From a virus, in IMG/VR virus record IMGVR_UViG_3300025132_000026, positions 11,116 through 75,115 of that record: 64,000 nt of DNA, one strand, 5' to 3'. The notes under the pieces are model-generated. The model saw only the letters and a program-made list of their open reading frames with translations, made no database searches and was not told where the DNA came from. Positions 7,368 to 16,302 of this stretch are shown here, in pieces. Both the position numbers and the translations under genes were made by a program. Each line of letters starts with the position of its first letter. Positions within the stretch are counted from its first letter, which is position 1.

Positions 7368-10300
7368 TTATCCTAGTTGTCTGAAAGTTTTTCCTATTGC
7401 ATAGGTGCTAAAGCCCCAGTTTGGATCGTACTTGAGGTTTGCCATATAAGGCCGGTTTAGGTGAATACGATCTTTTTCTGGCTTGACACCCCAGCATCGA
7501 ATCTTGGTAAGCTCATTGTTCGAATCAATAACCTCGACAATCCAATAGAGTTTCCCATTCTTGGTTTTTTTGGGGATGATCTTTCGAGGAATAAACCAGC
7601 ACAACTGTAGTTCTGGTTCGAACTCAGAAATTGGTGGTACAAACTTTTCTTGTAGTTTTTCGATTGTTTCTGGGCTAATCACCAAGTTCATCGGAAACAT
7701 TCCTGTCAAATCTGATTTAAATTGAATAATCTCTTCTTCTGTGAAGTCACCCTCTGGGCGGTACAATTCTAGGTTTTCCCCGAACTTCTTAAGGCTCTTC
7801 GGCCTTTCGACGATACAGGCCGACCAAAAATGCTTTCGTCCAGTAAATCGATCATCAACAATGTTGTCTAAAGCTCCCCCTCTACAGAGGGCGTCGAGAG
7901 CTTTCTTGTTGAGTTTACTATAAGACACCCCCTCCCGGAACAGGAGGTCTTCGGCATTTATAAAAGGCCTGTTCTCAAGTAATTGCTCGATAGCAGCCAT
8001 TCCTAAGCCCTTGATGGAGGTAAGCGGCTGGATGAGAGTCTTGCCGTCGTCACTAATCTCCCACACAACTCCAGATTTATTCACATCTAGTGGCTCAATA
8101 TCGAAACCAAATTTCTTTGCGATGTTAATAGCCTTCTCTTTTCGACTCTCTGGTTCCTTATCTAGAAACGCAGCCATCCACTCTGCTGGGTAGTAGTTCC
8201 ATAGCCAGGCGCACTGGAACGAAATGATCGAGTAGCTTACAGCGTGAGACTTGTTGAAGCCATATCCCGAGAAGTATTCAAACTTGTCCCAGAGTGCCTG
8301 TGCTTCGTCTCTATTGATGCCGTTCTCGCCACAGCCTGTGATAAACTTATCATGTAGTTCACCCTTAACTGAGCCCTTGCCAGTGCCCTTCTTGGTAAGC
8401 ACCTTACGAAGCATGTTGCCTTCGTCAAGGGTTAGACCACCGAGCTTGTGGGCCAACAATGCAATCTGTTCTTGAAAGATTAGAAAGCCAAATGTTTCTT
8501 GTGTAATATCATGCGCATCATCGTTCAAATACTTGATGTAGTGTGGGTTCTCCTTGGCCTCCACATACTCATCGTGGACGTTTGCAGCGAGCGGGCCCGG
8601 GCGATAGATAGAGGTAATAGCAGACACATCAATAATATTCGTTGGCTTTGCTCTCACACAGAATTGCTGTGCTCCCTGCTCTGTAAACTGGAAGACCCCA
8701 GCCCACTTGCCCGTGTGAAAGACGCTTTCGTACACCTCCTGATCGTTTAGATCTATAACATCTGGGTGCAGGTTCTTCTCGTAGTATTCTCGGATCTGTG
8801 CGAACGTAGGTTCTTCGACACCGTGATGGCGCTTCAGAATATGGTAGATCGCGCCCTCCATCATCTTGAGTGTGGAGAGCCCAAGCAAATCGAACTTGAT
8901 GAACCCCATTGGTTCAAGGTGCCGGACGTTCTGGCCTTCGGCCCACGGAGCCTGACGGACGCCGCCTGAATTAATCAAGGGCATACTCTTGTCTAGATTC
9001 TCTGCGATAACCACACCGCCGGCGTGTCGCGAACAAGAGCGAACCTGACCAACAAGCCCCTCGACGTGAGTTTTCACTGTTGGGTATTTATTGAGGTAGG
9101 CGGCCAACGTTGGAGAAAACTCCATAACCTCTTCCCAGGTCGGGGCGTAAACGCCGGCCTTGATGCCGTGCTTACGCTTTGCCTCGGGCGTTGCCTCTCG
9201 AATCATGATAGAAGTGACCGTGTTTACTTCCGTGAAGGGAATATCGTATAGTTTAGAGATATCTTTGATTAGACTTTTAAGCTGTAGTGTGTTCCAATTA
9301 GAAATTGGAGCAACACAGTCCTCACCCCACATCTCGACAAGCTTTTCCTTTAGCGCCATTGAGTCAGACACATCATAATCGATATCAGGGTAGTCTTTTG
9401 CATCTGAACGCAAGAAGCGAGAGAACAGAAGTCCGTGCTTGATTGGGTCGACCTGGGTAATGTTTAACGCATATGCAACCAAAGAGCCAGCAGCGGATCC
9501 GCGGCCGGGGCCCGTCAACATCATACCCGTTGCCACATCGACGATAGATTTCATTGTCAGAAAGTATTTCGAGAAGCCGCGATCATCGATGACATTTAAT
9601 TCCTCCTGCAGGCGCTGGGTATATACCTTGTTGGTATGCAAGCCCTTGTCCTTGAGTCCTTCAAGTGCGAAGTTCACTAGCGCCTGTGTGGCCGTAAAAC
9701 CGGCCGGTACGACGAATTCGGGGAGGCGTACTGTATTGTCGGGCAGGAAAGACTCGATGCGCTCGAAAGCGATCCTGTGAGACTCCTCAATACTTTTCAA
9801 GACTACATCATCATCATACTCAAACCCCGTGGATTGCGAGTACTCCTTGTAGCTTTCCCAGATCTGGTCACCATTTTTTGGATACAGCTCATATCCAATT
9901 TCTTCAACTCCTTCCGGCAGTTGAGATTCCTCCTCGGCCCAGGAGGGTCGACCCTTACCAAGCCAACCAAGGCGCTTGTAAAGTTCACGGTCCTTCCAAG
10001 CGTCAGGGTTGGGGTAATGGCTGTCGGCTGTCGTGACCAGTCCAACGCCAAACTCTTTAGCAACTTGAATTACGTATTGGTTAAGTTCATGCTGCTCTTT
10101 AATGTTGTTCCATTGTATTTCGGCATACCAGCGATCACCGAAAATGTCGACCATACGACGTGTGGATTCGCGCATCGCATCCAGTACTGCTTCATCCCCA
10201 TCTTCTCGGTTCTCCCAATAGTTTCCGGCGTACACCCCACCAAGACAAGCAGAAGAAGCAATGATGCCTTCGTTGTACTTCTTAAGTAGTGCATAGTCGA

Positions 10301-10799
10301 TACGTGGATAGCGATAGAAATTCTCCGGCTGATATGACTCTGATACCAACTTAAATAGGTTGTTCAGCCCAGTTTGGTTCTGAGCCAGTAAAACAAGGTG
10401 GCGCCGGCGCTTGAGGATACTCTGGACCTTCTTACTGTCTCCCTCATCCTCAACGGTGGCGCCAGATTGGGCATCCTTCTTGATGGCCCGGGCCTTTTTC
10501 TTGTCTTCCATCGCCTGATTGTAGGCCTCTCGCCATTCTGCGATTGAAGGAGTGAAGTACGCCTCACATCCAAAGATGGGCTTAAAATCCTTACCGGCCT
10601 CTTGCATCTTCTTAGCGTGCAGCACTTGGTATGCTAGGCCGTTCATATTGCCATGATCTGTTAGTGCTAGCGCATCACACCCATTCTCATATGCAAAATC
10701 CATATGATCTTGGGGATACCCAATCGCATCAAAAATAGAACCTGCTACGCTATGTGCGTGCAAGCCAACAAACTTAATATCAGACTCTTTTCGAATCAC
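7368..10799 (-). CDS. dnaE: DNA polymerase III alpha subunit
   Basis: PHP domain LHAHS / ALTDHG; GRGSAAGSL; catalytic PDIDYD; KFDLLGL; YGFNKSHA. Confidence 0.97.
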   Translation of the reverse strand: MIRKESDIKFVGLHAHSVAGSIFDAIGYPQDHMDFAYENGCDALALTDHGNMNGLAYQVLHAKKMQEAGKDFKPIFGCEAYFTPSIAEWREAYNQAMEDKKKARAIKKDAQSGATVEDEGDSKKVQSILKRRRHLVLLAQNQTGLNNLFKLVSESYQPENFYRYPRIDYALLKKYNEGIIASSACLGGVYAGNYWENREDGDEAVLDAMRESTRRMVDIFGDRWYAEIQWNNIKEQHELNQYVIQVAKEFGVGLVTTADSHYPNPDAWKDRELYKRLGWLGKGRPSWAEEESQLPEGVEEIGYELYPKNGDQIWESYKEYSQSTGFEYDDDVVLKSIEESHRIAFERIESFLPDNTVRLPEFVVPAGFTATQALVNFALEGLKDKGLHTNKVYTQRLQEELNVIDDRGFSKYFLTMKSIVDVATGMMLTGPGRGSAAGSLVAYALNITQVDPIKHGLLFSRFLRSDAKDYPDIDYDVSDSMALKEKLVEMWGEDCVAPISNWNTLQLKSLIKDISKLYDIPFTEVNTVTSIMIREATPEAKRKHGIKAGVYAPTWEEVMEFSPTLAAYLNKYPTVKTHVEGLVGQVRSCSRHAGGVVIAENLDKSMPLINSGGVRQAPWAEGQNVRHLEPMGFIKFDLLGLSTLKMMEGAIYHILKRHHGVEEPTFAQIREYYEKNLHPDVIDLNDQEVYESVFHTGKWAGVFQFTEQGAQQFCVRAKPTNIIDVSAITSIYRPGPLAANVHDEYVEAKENPHYIKYLNDDAHDITQETFGFLIFQEQIALLAHKLGGLTLDEGNMLRKVLTKKGTGKGSVKGELHDKFITGCGENGINRDEAQALWDKFEYFSGYGFNKSHAVSYSIISFQCAWLWNYYPAEWMAAFLDKEPESRKEKAINIAKKFGFDIEPLDVNKSGVVWEISDDGKTLIQPLTSIKGLGMAAIEQLLENRPFINAEDLLFREGVSYSKLNKKALDALCRGGALDNIVDDRFTGRKHFWSACIVERPKSLKKFGENLELYRPEGDFTEEEIIQFKSDLTGMFPMNLVISPETIEKLQEKFVPPISEFEPELQLCWFIPRKIIPKKTKNGKLYWIVEVIDSNNELTKIRCWGVKPEKDRIHLNRPYMANLKYDPNWGFSTYAIGKTFRQLG

Positions 10800-11677
10800 T
10801 CTGCCTCCTTAATATAAGGTAATTTAACATGTGTGCGTGGCTTTGTCAATTCATTTTTAGGAAGTTTTATAGTATTATCTGAGCCAAGATAATTCCTATA
10901 TCCACTCCAATTAGAAATATCGTAATACCAGGGCAAAGATACTTTTTCAGAATTTTCTTCATTTACCTCTCCAAAAACTTCTTGTAAACTGAATTTTTTA
11001 GCGGACCACCGCTCGTGGAGGGGCAGTTTCTCTGACGGGTATTGCTGGCCGGGTGAAGGGGGTAAATACTCCCTTGTTGTCTTTTCGTTTATCGCTCTTC
11101 GACATAATTTAAAATCTTCTCCAAACATTGTGAATGATATTGGAATCCCATCTTTTACAGTTTTGCCGTCATGCATCAGAAAAAAATTGGATTCTTTATT
11201 GGATATTGCACGCCGGTGTTCTCTTACGCTGTGTATATCATATGCACTGAGTGGGAATGAAATAAAATATTTCTGGGGTACTACCCACTGTGATATGTTA
11301 TATGCAGTGCGCCAAGCGGAATGCATCCCATATAACGCCCCCCAGCCATAAGAATCGCGGCGATTGCGGTCTTTAGGATGAATAGGGACATAGTAAATAG
11401 GTATCTCTCTCCTAGATTCTGAACTAAATTTAGATAATTTATTATAATATGCAGGATCGTAGACCCATTCACCCACATTTTTTCTAACTATTGGCGCCAA
11501 ATCATCGTTTGCAACAATCCAAATGGTATTGCAACCCGCTAATGCGCATTCAAAAACAGACTTTTGAATCGCGGTAAAACCTTTCTCAACCGGTATTAGT
11601 ATTTCCGGCACCAGCCAGTCGAAGTCTGACTCTAAGTTTGCTACCGGTATAATTCCGGCCAAATGATATTTGCTCAT
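10796..11677 (-). CDS. nucleotidyltransferase-fold protein (divergent)
   Basis: GIIPVA...PEILIPV...ECALAGCNTIWIV resembles the NDP-sugar pyrophosphorylase N-terminus, but the GxGTR loop is missing. Confidence 0.55.
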   Translation of the reverse strand: MSKYHLAGIIPVANLESDFDWLVPEILIPVEKGFTAIQKSVFECALAGCNTIWIVANDDLAPIVRKNVGEWVYDPAYYNKLSKFSSESRREIPIYYVPIHPKDRNRRDSYGWGALYGMHSAWRTAYNISQWVVPQKYFISFPLSAYDIHSVREHRRAISNKESNFFLMHDGKTVKDGIPISFTMFGEDFKLCRRAINEKTTREYLPPSPGQQYPSEKLPLHERWSAKKFSLQEVFGEVNEENSEKVSLPWYYDISNWSGYRNYLGSDNTIKLPKNELTKPRTHVKLPYIKEAE

Positions 11678-12558
11678 AAATACCTTAAAAATCTATCGTA
11701 GGCCACACAAGCCTGTGGTAAATCTTTGAGCAGGTCATTCTGGCTATATTGCGCAACCTTAACATTGCCGGCTTGGGGTTCCTCTGTAACTCTTCGCTTA
11801 TGAGTTTTGCGTCCGATGCAAGTCGTTCTAAATTTGTAATGTTTTGGTTTTCCGGCTTTTGTGTAATCATGTGCAAAGGCTCCTTTCATTCCTCTATGTT
11901 CCATTTCGTGTACCACCTTAAAGCGGGACATTGTTTCAGAATAATCAAAATCTAGTAACTGTGACTCCGTTAGTTCTGATACAGCACAAGCATCTCTAAC
12001 AGGAGTATTTCCATCAATACGATCGGAACTGTAAAACCATATCTCGCTGACAAAATCATCACCTGTGTGGATGTAGTCGATATCATGTTTTCCTCCCTTA
12101 TTGAATCCTATATAATCATAACACAGGTATACGTTCTCGTCAAGAGATTTTTCTTCCACAAATCCAGTAGAAAACGAATCTCCAAAATAATGACATTCTT
12201 CAAATTTAAGTTCCATTATCTTTGAGTACTCGTTTGAGCAAACAACCCTATCACCATCATATCGTATATTGTGACAAAGATTGGAAAGCGGAACGTTACC
12301 ATCTAAAGACAGCAAAAAAAGCAACCGCTCCCAAAGTAATTCTTTAGGTATGCCGACCTCTTTATCTCCCTCAAACGTCGTTAAACTTTTCCGCATGGCT
12401 GGAATCTTTAAATTTGCCATGGTGTGCGCATGGGGCAAATAATCGAATCTAAACGGACGTTGGGGATTGGTGAATAGAATCGGGCAGCAGTTGTTGAATG
12501 CGAATAAAGCCGCCTCCAAAGAGCTGCCTACTACTATCTTATCGTACTCGAATATCAC
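11674..12558 (-). CDS. FAD/NAD-binding oxidoreductase-like protein (divergent)
   Basis: N-terminal YDKIVVGSSLEAALFA is a degenerate Rossmann beta-alpha motif. Confidence 0.45.
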   Translation of the reverse strand: MIFEYDKIVVGSSLEAALFAFNNCCPILFTNPQRPFRFDYLPHAHTMANLKIPAMRKSLTTFEGDKEVGIPKELLWERLLFLLSLDGNVPLSNLCHNIRYDGDRVVCSNEYSKIMELKFEECHYFGDSFSTGFVEEKSLDENVYLCYDYIGFNKGGKHDIDYIHTGDDFVSEIWFYSSDRIDGNTPVRDACAVSELTESQLLDFDYSETMSRFKVVHEMEHRGMKGAFAHDYTKAGKPKHYKFRTTCIGRKTHKRRVTEEPQAGNVKVAQYSQNDLLKDLPQACVAYDRFLRYL

Positions 12559-12591
12559 TTTGTTTTATTATAAACCAATAAATAGAATATG

Positions 12592-13128
12592 TTAATCGTT
12601 ACGTAGGCCAGTATGATCGTAGCCTCCGCCTTGCCAATTTGGATACATTATGTGAAATTTTTTGTTGTAATGAGACCAGCCGAGTGCGTGACCAAATTCG
12701 TGTTCCAACACTCTTTCTTTCCTTCCATTTTTGGGTAGTATAAATATCTTAGCCATTACAATTTTACCAGTTCGATTACTTGTGTATAATCTTGTCGAGG
12801 CCATATGGTGTGGTGCAAAACCGCCCTCTGGAAGAGTTATTATTATCTCCCCATATCTGGGATTCATACAGTCTATAACAAAATCTTTGTACACATAATT
12901 AAATTCGTACCCCAGGCGTTGCCAATATCTAACCGCAGCATCAACGCGCGACATCATTAACTTGGTGCTCGCACAGACTCTTACTTTTGGCTTTGTTTCC
13001 CACTCGGCTTTTCTCTTCGGCTTGCCTATTGCAAACGCTTCAACAGGTTTTTGTTCAGAAACAAAAATTATATTTTGTAATTCTGTACCTGTAACGCAAC
13101 TTAGCAAAAATAGTAAAAGTAGCCCCAC
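12592..13128 (-). CDS. matrixin-like metzincin metalloprotease, predicted lipoprotein
   Basis: HEFGHALGWSH (HExxHxxGxxH), Met-turn IMYP, hydrophobic N-terminus ending LLSC. Confidence 0.85.
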   Translation of the reverse strand: MGLLLLFLLSCVTGTELQNIIFVSEQKPVEAFAIGKPKRKAEWETKPKVRVCASTKLMMSRVDAAVRYWQRLGYEFNYVYKDFVIDCMNPRYGEIIITLPEGGFAPHHMASTRLYTSNRTGKIVMAKIFILPKNGRKERVLEHEFGHALGWSHYNKKFHIMYPNWQGGGYDHTGLRND

Positions 13129-13151
13129 ATATTATATAGTAGGCTAAACTA

Positions 13152-14327
13152 TTACAGCGGTAGATAGCGATCTACAGCGAGTGCTTCAACCTTTTTGTTG
13201 CCGGACTTCTTAATTCCGTTTGCTCCTTGCGCGAAGGTAATTCCGTTATTAGAGCTAGCGAAAATATCGCCACCACTGCTACCACCTGATGTTTCACCAT
13301 CGGAGCCGATCCACCAATTACCTTCACCATCAGTAGCTATGCAATTAGCGCTGCCATTAGTGCGAACTGAGTTATAAGAATCTAAAACAGTAAATGTTTT
13401 ACCATTGACATCGGCAGCTAGGCTGTTGTGTGTGTCGATAAAAACAACCCTGCCATTGCCTGCGGCACACCGGTTTGTCTTGGATGAGTGCAATGAATCA
13501 CTACCGTATATTAAATGTGTGGCGGTACCCCAGTCAGTTGTGTCACTAGATGCAGCTGTAATAACACGCGCCTGATTAGTGCCGCTACCGTCATTATAAT
13601 GATATAAACAAATAACGGAATTATTTGTAAAAACAAGATCTTTAATGCCGTTGCCAGAGGCCCCCATATCAAGTGTATGTTCTAACGACCACGACGCCGC
13701 ATTATCTGTAGATTTATATATTTTGGTTCCGACACCAAACCACCAAGTTCCAGAACCGTCGCTAGTAAGTGCTTTAATGTTAGTTGCGCCGGCGGTGTCG
13801 ATGCCTGTTAGGCCTGAAATATTAACTGAACTCCAAGTACTACCATCGGTTGAGCGCCATATTTTGAAGGTACCCGTCAGCTGCCCAGCTACTACCCAAA
13901 CATTGTTGCCCCACAACACCGTGTACATAATAGGGCCCTGACCTGTATCACACAAAGTCCATGTGCCGGCTGAATCGATAAAATTAGTACTTGTAGAGAA
14001 TATTATATTTTGCGTGTCCGTCGCCCTTACTCCCACATAAAATGGGTTTCCGCTATCGTCCTTTCCGTATGCTATATCTCTAAAATCCCAATCGCTTTCG
14101 CCTCTTGATGCATAGGCATTATTTTCCCAAGTGAGGGTCGTGGGTATATTAGCTGTTGGGGCGTAAGAAACAAACTTGTCATCGAATCCGGCCACAAGTC
14201 TACTCATTGCTGGGTTGGAATCGCATGCGTCCAGGCCATCGACGTTGTTGATAGAAGATTTGGAAACGCCATTTACAGACGTCACGTTATCGCAACTAAT
14301 GCCATTAAGCGACGTAAAGTTTGCCAT
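13152..14327 (-). CDS. Asp-box (BNR) beta-propeller protein, putative virion adhesin
   Basis: RSTDGSTW, KSTDNAASW and SSNNGITF repeats; N-terminal xNGx repeats. Confidence 0.6.
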   Translation of the reverse strand: MANFTSLNGISCDNVTSVNGVSKSSINNVDGLDACDSNPAMSRLVAGFDDKFVSYAPTANIPTTLTWENNAYASRGESDWDFRDIAYGKDDSGNPFYVGVRATDTQNIIFSTSTNFIDSAGTWTLCDTGQGPIMYTVLWGNNVWVVAGQLTGTFKIWRSTDGSTWSSVNISGLTGIDTAGATNIKALTSDGSGTWWFGVGTKIYKSTDNAASWSLEHTLDMGASGNGIKDLVFTNNSVICLYHYNDGSGTNQARVITAASSDTTDWGTATHLIYGSDSLHSSKTNRCAAGNGRVVFIDTHNSLAADVNGKTFTVLDSYNSVRTNGSANCIATDGEGNWWIGSDGETSGGSSGGDIFASSNNGITFAQGANGIKKSGNKKVEALAVDRYLPL

Positions 14328-14833
14328 TACTCAATTACCAAATAATCTGCGCTTGGGTTGAAGTAAATAATTTTTGATGTATCCGTACATACCCCAACAA
14401 CCCTCAAAATTTCAGTGCTAGTTGAGGGTACCGTCGTGGTCAGTTGGCCATCGGCAGCCAAGTATACAGTTGTGCCAGAAGTAAATGTTCCAGTAAGATA
14501 TGAAGCAGCATCAAAAAATCCACGAACAAGCATTCCGCTAGATGACGGTGACGTTCCCAGCGCAATTGCAAGAATGCCTTTGCCTCCAATTCCTGCCGAT
14601 GAGACGCCTGCTTCTGCCCAGTTGCCGCTACTATTTAAATAATATGTTTTACCAGCAGTTGTTGTCCCGCCGCCAAATGTGACAATCTCTCCGTTTCCAG
14701 TGTTATCGCTGAAATCTGCTCTAAAGTATTCTAATTTTAAGTTTGAAAAAATTGATCCATTTAGATTAAGTCTTCTGGCTAAGGCTTCAAGTAGTGCTTG
14801 GAACCGCGGCAAGCCCATATTCTTCTCGCCCAT
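14327..14833 (-). CDS. putative virion decoration/fibre-base protein
   Basis: N-terminus shared with 43651..44136; Gly/Ser/Thr-rich beta-type C-terminal domain; late motif upstream. Confidence 0.6.
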   Translation of the reverse strand: MGEKNMGLPRFQALLEALARRLNLNGSIFSNLKLEYFRADFSDNTGNGEIVTFGGGTTTAGKTYYLNSSGNWAEAGVSSAGIGGKGILAIALGTSPSSSGMLVRGFFDAASYLTGTFTSGTTVYLAADGQLTTTVPSTSTEILRVVGVCTDTSKIIYFNPSADYLVIE

Positions 14834-14881
14834 TGCAAACTCCCCGTTTGTGTGTGTTTTATATAAATAGTGATCTCTAAA

Positions 14882-15784
14882 TCAATCTTCCTCGACTTCT
14901 TCCAGTAAAGATTTTATATCCAAACCTGCACAATCAATCTTAGACTTGCTGACATGATAATGGCTGACAAATCCTGTAAAATTGCCGTAGGCTACGTCTT
15001 GAACATATTTTGTTGATGTTTTCCCAAACTGACTGGTGGGCGTTTCATAGGGGATGCCCGTTGAGTTGTGTATCGCCTTCCAAAGAGCCTTCAAGGCCTC
15101 TAATTGTTCTGGATAGAACCCCAGGAACGGTTCAAGTTTGTTACCGTGAACCCAGGAGTTCTCTATTAGTGGCCTCTCGCCAAAGCCGTTTTTCACATAC
15201 CAAGCTTGATACTTGGGATAGTAGGCGTTAGTTATTTCAACCCCCACAGATGGACGATTGGATCTAGATGAGCCAGCATGAAAGGCTGCGTGTTGCATAT
15301 CGAGTGTCTGATAGATCGTTCCGTCATTATCAATCAAGAAGTGAACAGATATACCCCTCTTATCCAAAACTTTTTGGCAAGACGTTGAGGTAAGACACAC
15401 ATCCCAATGATTTACGAAAAATCTAATCTTTCTTTTTGGGCGTGCTGAATAATCGTAGTAGTTTCCAGATTTGGCGATGTGGCCGCCTTTTTCCGACCAA
15501 AGAACAACCTTTTCCCACTCAATCGGATAAAACTCTCCATTATAAACAATATAATTTGAGTATTCACACTCGTTCGGTTTGAAATTCGAGATCTCCGCTT
15601 CTCTTTCGGTCCACAGTCTCCTGAAGGTCATGGGCCCACAGAGTCCGTCGCCAGACAAGCCTCTAGCCTTCTGCCATTTTTTAATCGCTCTTACAAGCTT
15701 ATCATCAAAGTATTTCTCGCCAAACCAACTTGGTTCCCAGCCGAGTTTTTTGGCCGAGGCTTCGTTGTAAAAATGCTTGTCCAT
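14882..15784 (-). CDS. endolysin: peptidoglycan-binding domain + N-acetylmuramoyl-L-alanine amidase
   Basis: AIKKWQKARGLSGDGLCGPMT (PG-binding); NHWD, SVHFLIDNDGTIYQ, SVGVEI, SHYHV..SKIDC (amidase_2). Confidence 0.9.
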   Translation of the reverse strand: MDKHFYNEASAKKLGWEPSWFGEKYFDDKLVRAIKKWQKARGLSGDGLCGPMTFRRLWTEREAEISNFKPNECEYSNYIVYNGEFYPIEWEKVVLWSEKGGHIAKSGNYYDYSARPKRKIRFFVNHWDVCLTSTSCQKVLDKRGISVHFLIDNDGTIYQTLDMQHAAFHAGSSRSNRPSVGVEITNAYYPKYQAWYVKNGFGERPLIENSWVHGNKLEPFLGFYPEQLEALKALWKAIHNSTGIPYETPTSQFGKTSTKYVQDVAYGNFTGFVSHYHVSKSKIDCAGLDIKSLLEEVEED

Positions 15785-15801
15785 ACATGATGTGCTCCCT
15801 T

Positions 15802-16074
15802 TTATTCAACTATTCCTATAACATAGTTGTCTAGAATGACATTATAAATAGTTCCGCCAATGTTTATCTCCTCAATCATTGAACGATCAACAACGACTTT
15901 TGAGCCCTTCTGAATATCGAACCTAACATCGGCTGCAGCGCGGATCGCAGAAACTAGCAAATGGCTCTCGTCTGGGGCCCTATAATCTTCCGGCAGTATT
16001 ATCGAAAGAGGCGAGGCCTCTTCATTTGGTCTGGGAATATCTATTAAAATATATCTATTTACTGGTTCAAACAT
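15802..16074 (-). CDS. GroES-like co-chaperonin
   Basis: MFEPVNRYILI...IILP...KGSKVVV...YNVILDNYVIGIV follows the GroES pattern. Confidence 0.7.
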   Translation of the reverse strand: MFEPVNRYILIDIPRPNEEASPLSIILPEDYRAPDESHLLVSAIRAAADVRFDIQKGSKVVVDRSMIEEINIGGTIYNVILDNYVIGIVE

Positions 16075-16294
16075 TTTCTATCTCTCTTTGTATTAGTTTT
16101 TGTTGCGTGAAATACTCCTCACGACTTAAAAAAATATCTTCTCGTTTTCCGCATTTTTTGCAATACATTGTTACGTGTACGTTATCTCCCTGTGTGGAGC
16201 GTACATTCCCGGCTGGAATGAAATAACACTCTACATTCGTGGACGCGCACCTTCTCTTTACAAGGTGGGACTCCATTAAGTGATTAAAATTCAA
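16067..16294 (-). CDS. hypothetical Cys-containing protein
   Basis: 75-aa ORF with CKKC, in operon context. Confidence 0.6.
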   Translation of the reverse strand: MNFNHLMESHLVKRRCASTNVECYFIPAGNVRSTQGDNVHVTMYCKKCGKREDIFLSREEYFTQQKLIQREIENV

Positions 16295-16302
16295 TTTTCC
16301 TC

